Below, piece after piece: positions 1 through 15,000 of a DNA stretch of 64,000 nt. The stretch's first letter is position 1. Each line of letters opens with the position of its first letter. This stretch comes from Eledone cirrhosa. Its lineage: Eukaryota. Location: the NCBI GenBank assembly GCA_964016885.1, contig OZ024745.1:48236001-48300000 (forward strand), read 5' to 3'. The translations under genes were made by a program, and so were the position numbers. The notes under the pieces were generated by a model. The model was not told where the DNA came from and searched no databases. It saw only the letters and a list, made by a program, of their open reading frames with translations.

Positions 1-3000
1 GACACCAACTGCTTTAGTAACCACTCATGACACCAACTGCTTTAGTAACCACTCATGACACCAACTGCTTTAGTAACCACTCATGACACCAACTGCTTTA
101 GTAACCATTCCTGACACCAACTGCTTTAGTAACCACTCATGACACCAACTGCTTTAGTAACCACTCATGACACCAACTGCTTTAGTAACCACTCTTGACA
201 CCAACTGCTTTAGTAACCACTCATGACACCAACTGCTTTAGTAACCACTCTTGACACCAACTGCTTTAGTAACCACTCTTGACACCAACTGCTTTAGTAA
301 CCACTCATGACACCAACTGCTTTAGTAACCACTCATGACACCAACTGCTTTAGTAACCACTCATGACACCAACTGCTTTAGTAACCACTCATGACACCAA
401 CTGCTTTAGTAACCACTCTTGACACCAACTGCTTTAGTAACCACTCTTGACACCAATTGCTTTAGTAACCACTCATGACACCAACTGCTTTAGTAACCAC
501 TCTTGACACCAACTGCTTTAGTAACCACTCATGACACCAACTGCTTTAGTAACCACTCATGACACCAACTGCTTTAGTAACCACTCATGACACCAACTGC
601 TTTAGTAACCACTCATGACACCAACTGCTTTAGTAACCACTCCTGACACCAACTGCTTTAGTAACCACTCATGACACCAACTGCTTTAGTAACCACTCAT
701 GACACCAACTGCTTTAGTAACCACTCATGACACCAACTGCTTTAGTAACCATTCCTGACACCAACTGCTTTAGTAACCACTCATGACACCAACTGCTTTA
801 GTAACCACTCATGACACCAACTGCTTTAGTAACCACTCCTGACACCAACTGCTTTAGTAACCACTCATGATACCAACTGCTTTAGTAACCACTCATGACA
901 CCAACTGCTTTAGTAACCACTCATGACACCAACTGTTTTAGTAACCACTCATGACACCAACTGCTTTAGTAACCACTCCTGACACCAACTGCTTTAGTAA
1001 CCACTCATGACACCAACTGCTTTAGTAACCACTCCTGACACCAACTGCTTTAGTAACTACTCATGACACCAACTGCTTTAGTAACCACTCCTGACACCAA
1101 CTGCTTTAGTAACCACTCATGACAACAACTGCTTTAGTAACCATTCCTGACACCAACTGCTTTAGTAACCACTCCTGACACCAACTGCTTTAGTAACCAC
1201 TCATGACACCAACTGCTTTAGTAACCACTCATGACACCAACTGCTTTAGTAACCATTCCTGACACCAACTGCTTTAGTAACCACTCATGACACCAACTGC
1301 TTTAGTAACCACTCATGACACCAACTGCTTTAGTAACCACTCATGACACCAACTGCTTTAGTAACCACTCATGACACCAACTGCTTTAGTAACCACTCAT
1401 GACACCAACTGCTTTAGTAACCACTCCTGACACCAACTGCTTTAGTAACGACTCATGACACCAACTGCTTTAGTAACCACTCATGACACCAACTGCTTTA
1501 GTAACCATTCCTGACACCAACTGCTTTAGTAACCACTCATGACAACAACTGCTTTAGTAACCATTCCTGCACCAACTGCTTTAGTAACCACTCATGACAC
1601 CAACTGCTTTAGTAACCATTCCTGACACCAACTGCTTTAGTAACCACTCCTGACACCAACTGCTTTAGTAACCACTCATGACACCAACTGCTTTAGTAAC
1701 CACTCATGACACCAACTGCTTTAGTAACCACTCCTGACACCAACTGCTTTAGTAACCATTCCTGACACCAACTGCTTTAGTAACCACTCATGACACCAAC
1801 TGCTTTAGTAACCACTCATGACACCAACTGCTTTAGTAACCACTCATGACACCAACTGCTTTAGTAACCACTCATGACACCAACTGCTTTAGTAACCACT
1901 CCTGACACCAACTGCTTTAGTAACCACTCCTGACACCAACTGCTTTAGTAACCACTCATGACACCAACTGCTTTAGTAACCACTCATGACACCAACTGCT
2001 TTAGTAACCATTCCTGACACCAACTGCTTTAGTAACCACTCATGACACCAACTGCTTTAGTAACCATTCCTGACACCAACTGCTTTAGTAACCATTCCTG
2101 ACACCAACTGCTTTAGTAACCACTCATGACACCAACTGCTTTAGTAACCATTCCTGACACCAACTGCTTTAGTAACCATTCCTGACACCAACTGCTTTAG
2201 TAACCATTCCTGACACCAACTGCTTTAGTAACCACTCATGACACCAACTGCTTTAGTAACCACTCATGACACCAACTGCTTTAGTAACCATTCCTGACAC
2301 CAACTGCTTTCGTAACCACTCATGACACCAACTGCTTTAGTAACCACTCATGACACCAACTGCTTTAGTAACCACTCCTGACACCAACTGCTTTAGTAAC
2401 CACTCATGATACCAACTGCTTTAGTAACCACTCATGACACCAACTGCTTTAGTAACCACTCATGACACCAACTGCTTTAGTAACCACTCATGACACCAAC
2501 TGCTTTAGTAACCACTCATGACACCAACTGCTTTAGTAACCACTCATGACACCAACTGTTTTAGTAACCACTCATGACACCAACTGCTTTAGTAACCACT
2601 CATGACACCAACTGCTTTAGTAACCACTCATGACACCAACTGCTTTAGTAACCACTCATGACACCAACTGCTTTAGTAACCACTCATGACACCAACTGCT
2701 TTAGTAACCATTCCTGACACTAACTGCTTTAGTAACCACTCCTGACACCAACTGCTTTAGTAACCACTCATGACACCAACTGCTTTAGTAACCACTCATG
2801 ATACCATCTGCTTTAGTAACCACTCATGACACCAACTGCTTTAGTAACCATTCCTGACACCAACTGCTTTAGTAACCACTCCTGACACCAACTGCTTTAG
2901 TAACCACTCATGACACCAACTGCTTTAGTAACCACTCATGATACCATCTGCTTTAGTAACCACTCATGACACCAACTGCTTTAGTAACCATTCCTGACAC

Positions 3001-6000
3001 CAACTGCTTTAGTAACCACTCCTGACACCAACTGCTTTAGTAACCACTCATGACACCAACTGCTTTAGTAACCATTCCTGACACCAACTGCTTTAGTAAC
3101 CACTCCTGACACCAACTGCTTTAGTAACCACTCCTGACACCAACTGCTTTAGTAACCACTCATGACACCAACTGCTTTAGTAACCACTCATGACACCAAC
3201 TGCTTTAGTAACCACTCATGACACCAACTGCTTTAGTAACCACTCATGACACCAACTGTTTTAGTAACCACTCATGACACCAACTGCTTTAGTAACCACT
3301 CATGACACCAACTGCTTTAGTAACCACTCCTGACACCAACTGCTTTAGTAACCACTCATGACACCAACTGCTTTAGTAACCACTCCTGACACCAACTGCT
3401 TTAGTAACCACTCATGAGACCAACTGCTTTAGTAACCATTCCTGACACCAACTGCTTTAGTAACCACTCCTGACACCAACTGCTTTAGTAACCACTCATG
3501 ACACCAACTGCTTTAGTAACCACTCCTGACACCAACTGCTTTAGTAACCATTCCTGACACCAACTGCTTTAGTAACCACTCATGACACCAACTGCTTTAG
3601 TAACCACTCATGACACCAACTGCTTTAGTAACCACTCATGACACCAACGGCTTTAGTAACCACTCATGACACCAACTGCTTTAGTAACCACTCATGACAC
3701 CAACTGCTTTAGTAACCACTCCTGACACCAACTGCTTTAGTAACCACTCCTGACACCAACTGCTTTAGTAACCACTCCTGACACCAACTGCTTTAGTAAC
3801 CACTCATGACACCAACTGCTTTAGTAACCACTCATGACACCAACTGCTTTAGTAACCATTCCTGACACCAACTGCTTTAGTAACCACTCATGACACCAAC
3901 TGCTTTAGTAACCATTCCTGACACCAACTGCTTTAGTAACCACTCATGACACCAACTGCTTTAGTAACCACTCATGACACCAACTGCTTTAGTAACCACT
4001 CATGACACCAACTGCTTTAGTAACCACTCCTGACACCAACTGCTTTAGTAACCACTCATGATACCAACTGCTTTAGTAACCACTCATGACACCAACTGCT
4101 TTAGTAACCACTCATGACACCAACTGCTTTAGTAACCACTCATGACACCAACTGCTTTAGTAACCACTCATGACACCAACTGTTTTAGTAACCACTCATG
4201 ACACCAACTGCTTTAGTAACCACTCATGACACCAACTGCTTTAGTAACCACTCATGACACCAACTGCTTTAGTAACCACTCATGACACCAACTGCTTTAG
4301 TAACCATTCCTGACACCAACTGCTTTAGTAACCACTCCTGACACCAATTGCTTTAGTAACCACTCATGACACCAACTGCTTTAGTAACCACTCATGACAC
4401 CAACTGCTTTAGTAACCATTCCTGACACCAACTGCTTTAGTAACCACTCATGACACCAACTGCTTTAGTAACCACTCATGACACCAACTGCTTTAGTAAC
4501 CACTCATGACACCAACTGCTTTAGTAACCACTCATGACACCAACTGCTTTAGTAACCACTCATGATACCAACTGCTTTAGTAACCACTCATGACACCAAC
4601 TGCTTTAGTAACCACTCATGACACCAACTGTTTTAATAACCACTCATGACACCAACTGCTTTAGTAACCACTCCTGACACCAACTGCTTTAGTAACCACT
4701 CATGACACCAACTGCTTTAGTAACCACTCATGACACCAACTGCTTTAGTAACCATTCCTGACACCAACTGCTTTAGTAACCACTCATGACACCAACTGCT
4801 TTAGTAACCACTCATGACACCAACTGCTTTAGTAACCACTCATGACACCAACTGCTTTAGTAACCATTCCTGACACCAACTGCTTTAGTAACCACTCCTG
4901 ACACCAATTGCTTTAGTAACCACTCATGACACCAACTGCTTTAGTAACCACTCATGACACCAACTGCTTTAGTAACCATTCCTGACACCAACTGCTTTAG
5001 TAACCACTCATGACACCAACTGCTTTAGTAACCACTCATGACACCAACTGCTTTAGTAACCACTCATGACACCAACTGCTTTAGTAACCACTCATGACAC
5101 CAACTGCTTTAGTAACCACTCATGATACCAACTGCTTTAGTAACCACCAACTGCTTTAGTAACCACTCATGACACCAACTGCTTTAGTAACCACTCCTGA
5201 CACCAACTGCTTTAGTAACCACTCATGACACCAACTGCTTTAGTAACCATTCCTGACACCAACTGCTTTAGTAACCACTCATGACACCAACTGCTTTAGT
5301 AACCACTCCTGACACCAACTGCTTTAGTAACCACTACTGACACCAACTGCTTTAGTAACCACTCATGACACCAACTGCTTTAGTAACCACTCATGACACC
5401 AACTGCTTTAGTAACCACTCATGACACCAACTGCTTTAGTAACCACTCATGACACCAACTGCTTTAGTAACCATTCCTGACACCAACTGCTTTAGTAACC
5501 ACTCCTGACACCAACTGCTTTAGTAACCATTCCTGCACTAACTGCTTTAGTAACCACTCATGACACCAACTGCTTTAGTAACCATTCCTGCACTAACTGC
5601 TTTAGTAACCACTCCTGACACCAACTGCTTTAGTAACCATTCCTGCACTAACTGCTTTAGTAACCACTCCTGACACCAACTGCTTTAGTAACCATTCCTG
5701 CACCAACTGCTTTAGTAACCACTCATGACACCAACTGCTTTAGTAACCATTCCTGACACCAACTGCTTTAGTAACCACTCATGACACCAACTGCTTTAGT
5801 AACCACTCATGACACCAACTGCTTTAGTAACCACTCATGACACCAACTGCTTTAGTAACCATTCCTGACACCAACTGCTTTAGTAACCACTCCTGACACC
5901 AACTGCTTTAGTAACCATTCCTGCACTAACTGCTTTAGTAACCACTCATGACACCAACTGCTTTAGTAACCATTCCTGACACCAACTGCTTTAGTAACCA

Positions 6001-9000
6001 CTCATGACACCAACTGCTTTAGTAACCACTCATGACACCAACTGCTTTAGTAACCACTCATGACACCAACTGCTTTAGTAACCATTCCTGACACTAACTG
6101 CTTTAGTAACCATTCCTGACACCAACTGCTTTAGTAACCACTCATGACACCAACTGCTTTAGTAACCACTACTGACACCAGCTGCTTTAGTAACCACTCA
6201 TGACACCAACTGCTTTAGTAACCACTCCTGACACCAACTGCTTTAGTAACCACTCATGACACCAACTGCTTTAGTAACCACAACTGACACCAACTGCTTT
6301 AGTAACCACTCATGACACCAACTGCTTTAGTAACCATTCCTGCACTAACTGCTTTAGTAACCACTCATGACACCAACTGCTTTAGTAACCATTCCTGACA
6401 CCAACTGCTTTAGTAACCACTCCTGACACCAACTGCTTTAGTAACCATTCCTGCACCAACTGCTTTAGTAACCACTCCTGACACCAACTGCTTTAGTAAC
6501 CACTCCTGACACCAACTGCTTTAGTAACCACTCATGACACCAACTGCTTTAGTAACCACTCATGACACCAACTGCTTTAGTAACCACTCCTGACACCAAC
6601 TGCTTTAGTAACCACTCATGACACCAACTGCTTTAGTAACCACTCCTGACACCAACTGCTTTAGTAACCACTCATGACACCAACTGCTTTAGTAACCATT
6701 CCTGACACCAACTGCTTTAGTAACCACTCATGACACCAACTGCTTTAGTAACCACTCCTGACACCAACTGCTTTAGTAACCACTACTGACACCAACTGCT
6801 TTAGTAACCACTCATGACACCAACTGCTTTAGTAACCACTCATGACACCAACTGCTTTAGTAACCACTCATGACACCAACTGCTTTAGTAACCACTCATG
6901 ACACCAACTGCTTTAGTAACCATTCCTGACACCAACTGCTTTAGTAACCACTCCTGACACCAACTGCTTTAGTAACCATTCCTGCACTAACTGCTTTAGT
7001 AACCACTCATGACACCAACTGCTTTAGTAACCATTCCTGCACTAACTGCTTTAGTAACCACTCCTGACACCAACTGCTTTAGTAACCATTCCTGCACCAA
7101 CTGCTTTAGTAACCACTCATGACACCAACTGCTTTAGTAACCACTCCTGACACCAACTGCTTTAGTAACCACTCATGACACCAACTGCTTTAGTAACCAC
7201 TCATGACACCAACTGCTTTAGTAACCACTCATGACACCAACTGCTTTAGTAACCATTCCTGACACCAACTGCTTTAGTAACCACTCCTGACACCAACTGC
7301 TTTAGTAACCATTCCTGCACTAACTGCTTTAGTAACCACTCATGACACCAACTGCTTTAGTAACCATTCCTGACACCAACTGCTTTAGTAACCACTCATG
7401 ACACCAACTGCTTTAGTAACCACTCATGACACCAACTGCTTTAGTAACCACTCATGACACCAACTGCTTTAGTAACCACTCATGACACCAACTGCTTTAG
7501 TAACCATTCCTGACACCAACTGCTTTAGTAACGACTCCTGACACCAACTGCTTTAGTAACCATTCCTGCACTAACTGCTTTAGTAACCACTCATGACACC
7601 AACTGCTTTAGTAACCATTCCTGACACCAACTGCTTTAGTAACCATTCCTGCACTAACTGCTTTAGTAACCATTCCTGACACCAACTGCTTTAGTAACCA
7701 CTCATGACACCAACTGCTTTAGTAACCACTCATGACACCAACTGCTTTAGTAACCATTCCTGACACCAACTGCTTTAGTAACCATTCCTGACACCAACTG
7801 CTTTAGTAACCATTCCTGACACCAACTGCTTTAGTAACCATTCCTGCACTAACTGCGTTAGTAACCACTCATGACACCAACTGCTTTAGTAACCACTCAT
7901 GACACCAACTGCTTTAGTAACCACTCATGACACCAACTGCTTTAGTAACCATTCCTGACACCAACTGCTTTAGTAACCATTCCTGACACCAAATGCTTTA
8001 GTAACCATTCCTGACACCAACTGCTTTAGTAACCACTCATGACACCAACTGCTTTAGTAACCACTCATGACACCAACTGCTTTAGTAACCATTCCTGCAC
8101 TAACTGCTTTAGTAACCATTCCTGACACCAACTGCTTTAGTAACCACTCCTGACACCAACTGCTTTAGTAACCATTCCTGACACCAACTGCTTTAGTAAC
8201 CATTCCTGCACTAACTGCTTTAGTAACCACTCATGACACCAACTGCTTTAGTAACCACTCCTGACACCAACTGCTTTAGTAACCACTCATGACACCAACT
8301 GCTTTAGTAACCATTCCTGACACCAACTGCTTTAGTAACCATTCCTGCACTAACTGCTTTAGTAACCACTCATGACACCAACTGCTTTAGTAACCACTCA
8401 TGACACCAACTGCTTTAGTAACCACTCATGACACCAACTGCTTTAGTAACCATTCCTGACACCAACTGCTTTAGTAACCATTCCTGACACCAACTGCTTT
8501 AGTAACCATTCCTGACACCAACTGCTTTAGTAACCACTCATGACACCAACTGCTTTAGTAACCACTCATGACACCAACTGCTTTAGTAACCATTCCTGCA
8601 CTAACTGCTTTAGTAACCATTCCTGACACCAACTGCTTTAGTAACCATTCCTGACACCAACTGCTTTAGTAACCACTCATGACACCAACTGCTTTAGTAA
8701 CCACTCATGACACCAACTGCTTTAGTAACCACTCATGACACCAACTGCTTTAGTAACCACTCATGACACCAACTGCTTTAGTAACCATTCCTGACACCAA
8801 CTGCTTTAGTAACCACTCCTGACACCAACTGCTTTAGTAACCATTCCTGCACTAACTGCTTTAGTAACCACTCATGACACCAACTGCTTTAGTAACCACT
8901 CCTGACACCAACTGCTTTAGTAACCACTCATGACACCAACTGCTTTAGTAACCATTCCTGACACCAACTGCTTTAGTAACCATTCCTGACACCAACTGCT

Positions 9001-12000
9001 TTAGTAACCATTCCTGACACCAATTGCTTTAGTAACCACTCATGACACCAACTGCTTTAGTAACCACTCATGACACCAACTGCTTTAGTAACCATTCCTG
9101 CACTAACTGCTTTAGTAACCATTCCTGACACCAACTGCTTTAGTAACCACTCCTGACACCAACTGCTTTAGTAACCACTCCTGACACCAACTGCTTTAGT
9201 AACCATTCCTGCACTAACTGCTTTAGTAACCACTCATGACACCAACTGCTTTAGTAACCACTCCTGACACCAACTGCTTTAGTAACCATTCCTGACACCA
9301 ACTGCTTTAGTAACCACTCATGACACCAACTGATTTAGTAACCACTACTGACACCAACTGCTTTAGTAACCACTCCTGACACCAACTGCTTTAGTAACCA
9401 CTCTTGACACCAACTGCTTTAGTAACCACTACTGACACCAACTGCTTTAGTAACCATTCATGACACCAACTGCTTTAGTAACCATTCCTGACACCAACTG
9501 CTTTAGTAACCACTCCTGACACCAACTGCTTTAGTAACCACTCCTGACACCAACTGCTTTAGTAACCACTCCTGACACCAACTGCTTTAGTAACCACTCC
9601 TGACACCAACTGCTTTAGTAACCACTCCTGACACCAACTGCTTTAGTAACCACTCCTGACACCAACTGCTTTAGTAACCACTCCTGACACCAACTGCTTT
9701 AGTAACCACTCCTGACACCAACTGCTTTAGTAACCACTCCTGACACCAACTGCTTTAGTAACCACTCCTGACACCAACTGCTTTAGTAACCACTCCTGAC
9801 ACCAACTGCTTTAGTAACCACTCCTGACACCAACTGCTTTAGTAACCACTCCTGACACCAACTGCTTTAGTAACCACTACTGACACCAACTGCTTTAGTA
9901 ACCATTCATGACACCAACTGCTTTAGTAACCACTCCTGACACCAACTGCTTTAGTAACCATTCATGACACCAACTGCTTTAGTAACCACTCCTGACACCA
10001 ACTGCTTTAGTAACCACTCATGACACCAACTGCTTTAGTAACCACTCATGACACCAACTGCTTTAGTAACCATTCATGACACCAACTGCTTTAGTAACCA
10101 CTACTGACACCAACTGCTTTAGTAACCACTACTGACACCAACTGCTTTAGTAACCACTCCTGACACCAACTGCTTTAGTAACCATTCCTGCACCAACTGC
10201 TTTAGTAACCACTCCTGACACCAACTGCTTTAGTAACCACTCCTGACACCAACTGCTTTAGTAACCACTCCTGACACCAACTGCTTTAGTAACCACTCAT
10301 GACACCAACTGCTTTAGTAACCACTCATGACACCAACTGCTTTAGTAACCACTCATGACACCAACTGCTTTAGTAACCATTCATGACACCAACTGCTTTA
10401 GTAACCACTCATGACACCAACTACTTTAGTAACCACTCATGACACCAACTACTTTAGTAACCACTCCTGACACCAACTGCTTTAGTAACCACTCCTGACA
10501 CCAACTGCTTTAGTAACCACTCCTGACACCAACTGCTTTAGTAACCACTCCTGACACCAACTGCTTTAGTAACCACACCTGACACCAACTGCTTTAGTAA
10601 CCACTCATGACACCAACTGCTTTAGTAACCACTCATGACACCAACTGCTTTAGTAACCACTCATGACACCAACTGCTTTAGTAACCACTCATGACACCAA
10701 CTGCTTTAGTAACCACTCATGACACCAACTGCTTTAGTAACCACTCATGACACCAACTGCTTTAGTAACCACTCATGACACCAACTGCTTTAGTAACCAC
10801 TCTTGACACCAACTGCTTTAGTAACCACTCCTGACACCAACTGCTTTAGTAACCACTCCTGACACCAACTGCTTTAGTAACCACTCCTGACACCAACTGC
10901 TTTAGTAACCACTCCTGACACCAACTGCTTTAGTAACCACTCCTGACACCAACTGCTTTAGTAACCACTCCTGACACCAACTGCTTTAGTAACCACTCCT
11001 GACACCAACTGCTTTAGTAACCACTCCTGACACCAACTGCTTTAGTAACCACTCCTGACACCAACTGCTTTAGTAACCACTCATGACACCAACTGCTTTA
11101 GTAACCACTCATGACACCAACTGCTTTAGTAACCACTCCTGACACCAACTGCTTTAGTAACCACTCCTGACACCAACTGCTTTAGTAACCACTCCTGACA
11201 CCAACTGCTTTAGTAACCACTCCTGACACCAACTGCTTTAGTAACCACTCCTGACACCAACTGCTTTAGTAACCACTCCTGACACCAACTGCTTTAGTAA
11301 CCACTCATGACACCAACTGCTTTAGTAACCACTCCTGACACCAACTGCTTTAGTAACCACTCCTGACACCAACTGCTTTAGTAACCACTCCTGACACCAA
11401 CTGCTTTAGTAACCACTCATGACACCAACTGCTTTAGTAACCATTCCTGCACTAACTGCTTTAGTAACCACTCATGACACCAACTGCTTTAGTAACCATT
11501 CCTGACACCAACTGCTTTAGTAACCACTCTTGACACCAACTGCTTTAGTAACCACTCTTGACACCAACTGCTTTAGTAACCATTCCTGACACCAACTGCT
11601 TTAGTAACCATTCCTGACACCAACTGCTTTAGTAACCATTCCTGACACCAACTGCTTTAGTAACCACTCCTGACACCAACTGCTTTAGTAACCACTCCTG
11701 ACACCAACTGCTTTAGTAACCACTCATGACACCAACTGCTTTAGTAACCATTCCTGCACCAACTGCTTTAGTAACCACTCATGACACCAACTGCTTTAGT
11801 AACCACTCCTGACACCAACAGCTTTAGTAACCACTCATGACACCAACTGCTTTAGTAACCATTCCTGACACCAACTGCTTTAGTAACCACTCCTGACACC
11901 AACTGCTTTAGTAACCATTCCTGCACCAACTGCTTTAGTAACCACTCCTGACACCAACTGCTTTAGTAACCACTCCTGACACCAACTGCTTTAGTAACCA

Positions 12001-15000
12001 CTCCTGACACCAACTGCTTTAGTAACCACTCATGACACCAACTGCTTTAGTAACCACTCATGACACCAACTGCTTTAGTAACCACTCCTGACACCAACTG
12101 CTTTAGTAACCACTCCTGACACCAACTGCTTTAGTAACCACTCATGACACCAACTGCTTTAGTAACCATTCCTGACACCAACTGCTTTAGTAACCACTCT
12201 TGACACCAACTGCTTTAGTAACCACTCATGACACCAACTGCTTTAGTAACCATTCCTGACACCAACTGCTTTAGTAACCACTCATGACACCAACTGCTTT
12301 AGTAACCATTCCTGACACCAACTGCTTTAGTAACCATTCCTGACACCAACTGCTTTAGTAACCACTCCTGACACCAACTGCTTTAGTAACCACTCCTGAC
12401 ACCAACTGCTTTAGTAACCACTCATGACACCAACTGCTTTAGTAACCATTCCTGCACCAACTGCTTTAGTAACCACTCATGACACCAACTGCTTTAGTAA
12501 CCACTCCTGACACCAACTGCTTTAGTAACCACTCATGACACCAACTGCTTTAGTAACCATTCCTGACACCAACTGCTTTAGTAACCACTCCTGACACCAA
12601 CTGCTTTAGTAACCATTCCTGCACCAACTGCTTTAGTAACCACTCCTGACACCAACTGCTTTAGTAACCACTCCTGACACCAACTGCTTTAGTAACCACT
12701 CATGACACCAACTGCTTTAGTAACCACTCATGACACCAACTGCTTTAGTAACCACTCCTGACACCAACTGCTTTAGTAACCACTCATGACACCAACTGCT
12801 TTAGTAACCACTCCTGACACCAACTGCTTTAGTAACCACTCATGACACCAACTGCTTTAGTAACCATTCCTGACACCAACTGCTTTAGTAACCACTCCTG
12901 ACACCAACTGATTTAGTAACCACTACTGACACCAACTGCTTTAGTAACCACTCATGACACCAACTGCTTTAGTAACCACTCATGACACCAACTGCTTTAG
13001 TAACCACTGATGACACCAACTGCTTTAGTAACCACTCATGACACCAACTGCTTTAGTAACCACTCCTGACACCAACTGCTTTAGTAACCATTCCTGCACT
13101 AACTGCTTTAGTAACCACTCATGACACCAACTGCTTTAGTAACCATTCCTGCACTAACTGCTTTAGTAACCACTCCTGACACCAACTGCTTTAGTAACCA
13201 TTCCTGCACTAACTGCTTTAGTAACCACTCCTGACACCAACTGCTTTAGTAACCATTCCTGCACCAACTGCTTTAGTAACCACTCATGACACCAACTGCT
13301 TTAGTAACCACTCTTGACACCAACTGCTTTAGTAACCACTCCTGACACCAACTGCTTTAGTAACCACTCCTGACACCAACTGCTTTAGTAACCACTCCTG
13401 ACACCAACTGCTTTAGTAACCACTCCTGACACCAACTGCTTTAGTAACCACTCCTGACACCAACTGCTTTAGTAACCACTCCTGACACCAACTGCTTTAG
13501 TAACCACTCCTGACACCAACTGCTTTAGTAACCACTCCTGACACCAACTGCTTTAGTAACCACTCCTGACACCAACTGCTTTAGTAACCACTCATGACAC
13601 CAACTGCTTTAGTAACCACTCCTGACACCAACTGCTTTAGTAACCACTCCTGACACCAACTGCTTTAGTAACCACTCCTGACACCAACTGCTTTAGTAAC
13701 CACTCCTGACACCAACTGCTTTAGTAACCACTCCTGACACCAACTGCTTTAGTAACCACTCCTGACACCAACTGCTTTAGTAACCACTCCTGACACCAAC
13801 TGCTTTAGTAACCACTCCTGACACCAACTGCTTTAGTAACCACTCATGACACCAACTGCTTTAGTAACCACTCCTGACACCAACTGCTTTAGTAACCACT
13901 CCTGACACCAACTGCTTTAGTAACCACTCCTGACACCAACTGCTTTAGTAACCACTCATGACACCAACTGCTTTAGTAACCATTCCTGCACTAACTGCTT
14001 TAGTAACCACTCATGACACCAACTGCTTTAGTAACCATTCCTGACACCAACTGCTTTAGTAACCACTCTTGACACCAACTGCTTTAGTAACCACTCTTGA
14101 CACCAACTGCTTTAGTAACCATTCCTGACACCAACTGCTTTAGTAACCATTCCTGACACCAACTGCTTTAGTAACCATTCCTGACACCAACTGCTTTAGT
14201 AACCACTCCTGACACCAACTGCTTTAGTAACCACTCCTGACACCAACTGCTTTAGTAACCACTCATGACACCAACTGCTTTAGTAACCATTCCTGCACCA
14301 ACTGCTTTAGTAACCACTCATGACACCAACTGCTTTAGTAACCACTCCTGACACCAACAGCTTTAGTAACCACTCATGACACCAACTGCTTTAGTAACCA
14401 TTCCTGACACCAACTGCTTTAGTAACCACTCCTGACACCAACTGCTTTAGTAACCATTCCTGCACCAACTGCTTTAGTAACCACTCCTGACACCAACTGC
14501 TTTAGTAACCACTCCTGACACCAACTGCTTTAGTAACCACTCATGACACCAACTGCTTTAGTAACCACTCATGACACCAACTGCTTTAGTAACCACTCCT
14601 GACACCAACTGCTTTAGTAACCACTCCTGACACCAACTGCTTTAGTAACCACTCATGACACCAACTGCTTTAGTAACCATTCCTGACACCAACTGCTTTA
14701 GTAACCACTCTTGACACCAACTGCTTTAGTAACCACTCATGACACCAACTGCTTTAGTAACCATTCCTGACACCAACTGCTTTAGTAACCACTCATGACA
14801 CCAACTGCTTTAGTAACCATTCCTGACACCAACTGCTTTAGTAACCATTCCTGACACCAACTGCTTTAGTAACCACTCCTGACACCAACTGCTTTAGTAA
14901 CCACTCCTGACACCAACTGCTTTAGTAACCACTCATGACACCAACTGCTTTAGTAACCATTCCTGCACCAACTGCTTTAGTAACCACTCATGACACCAAC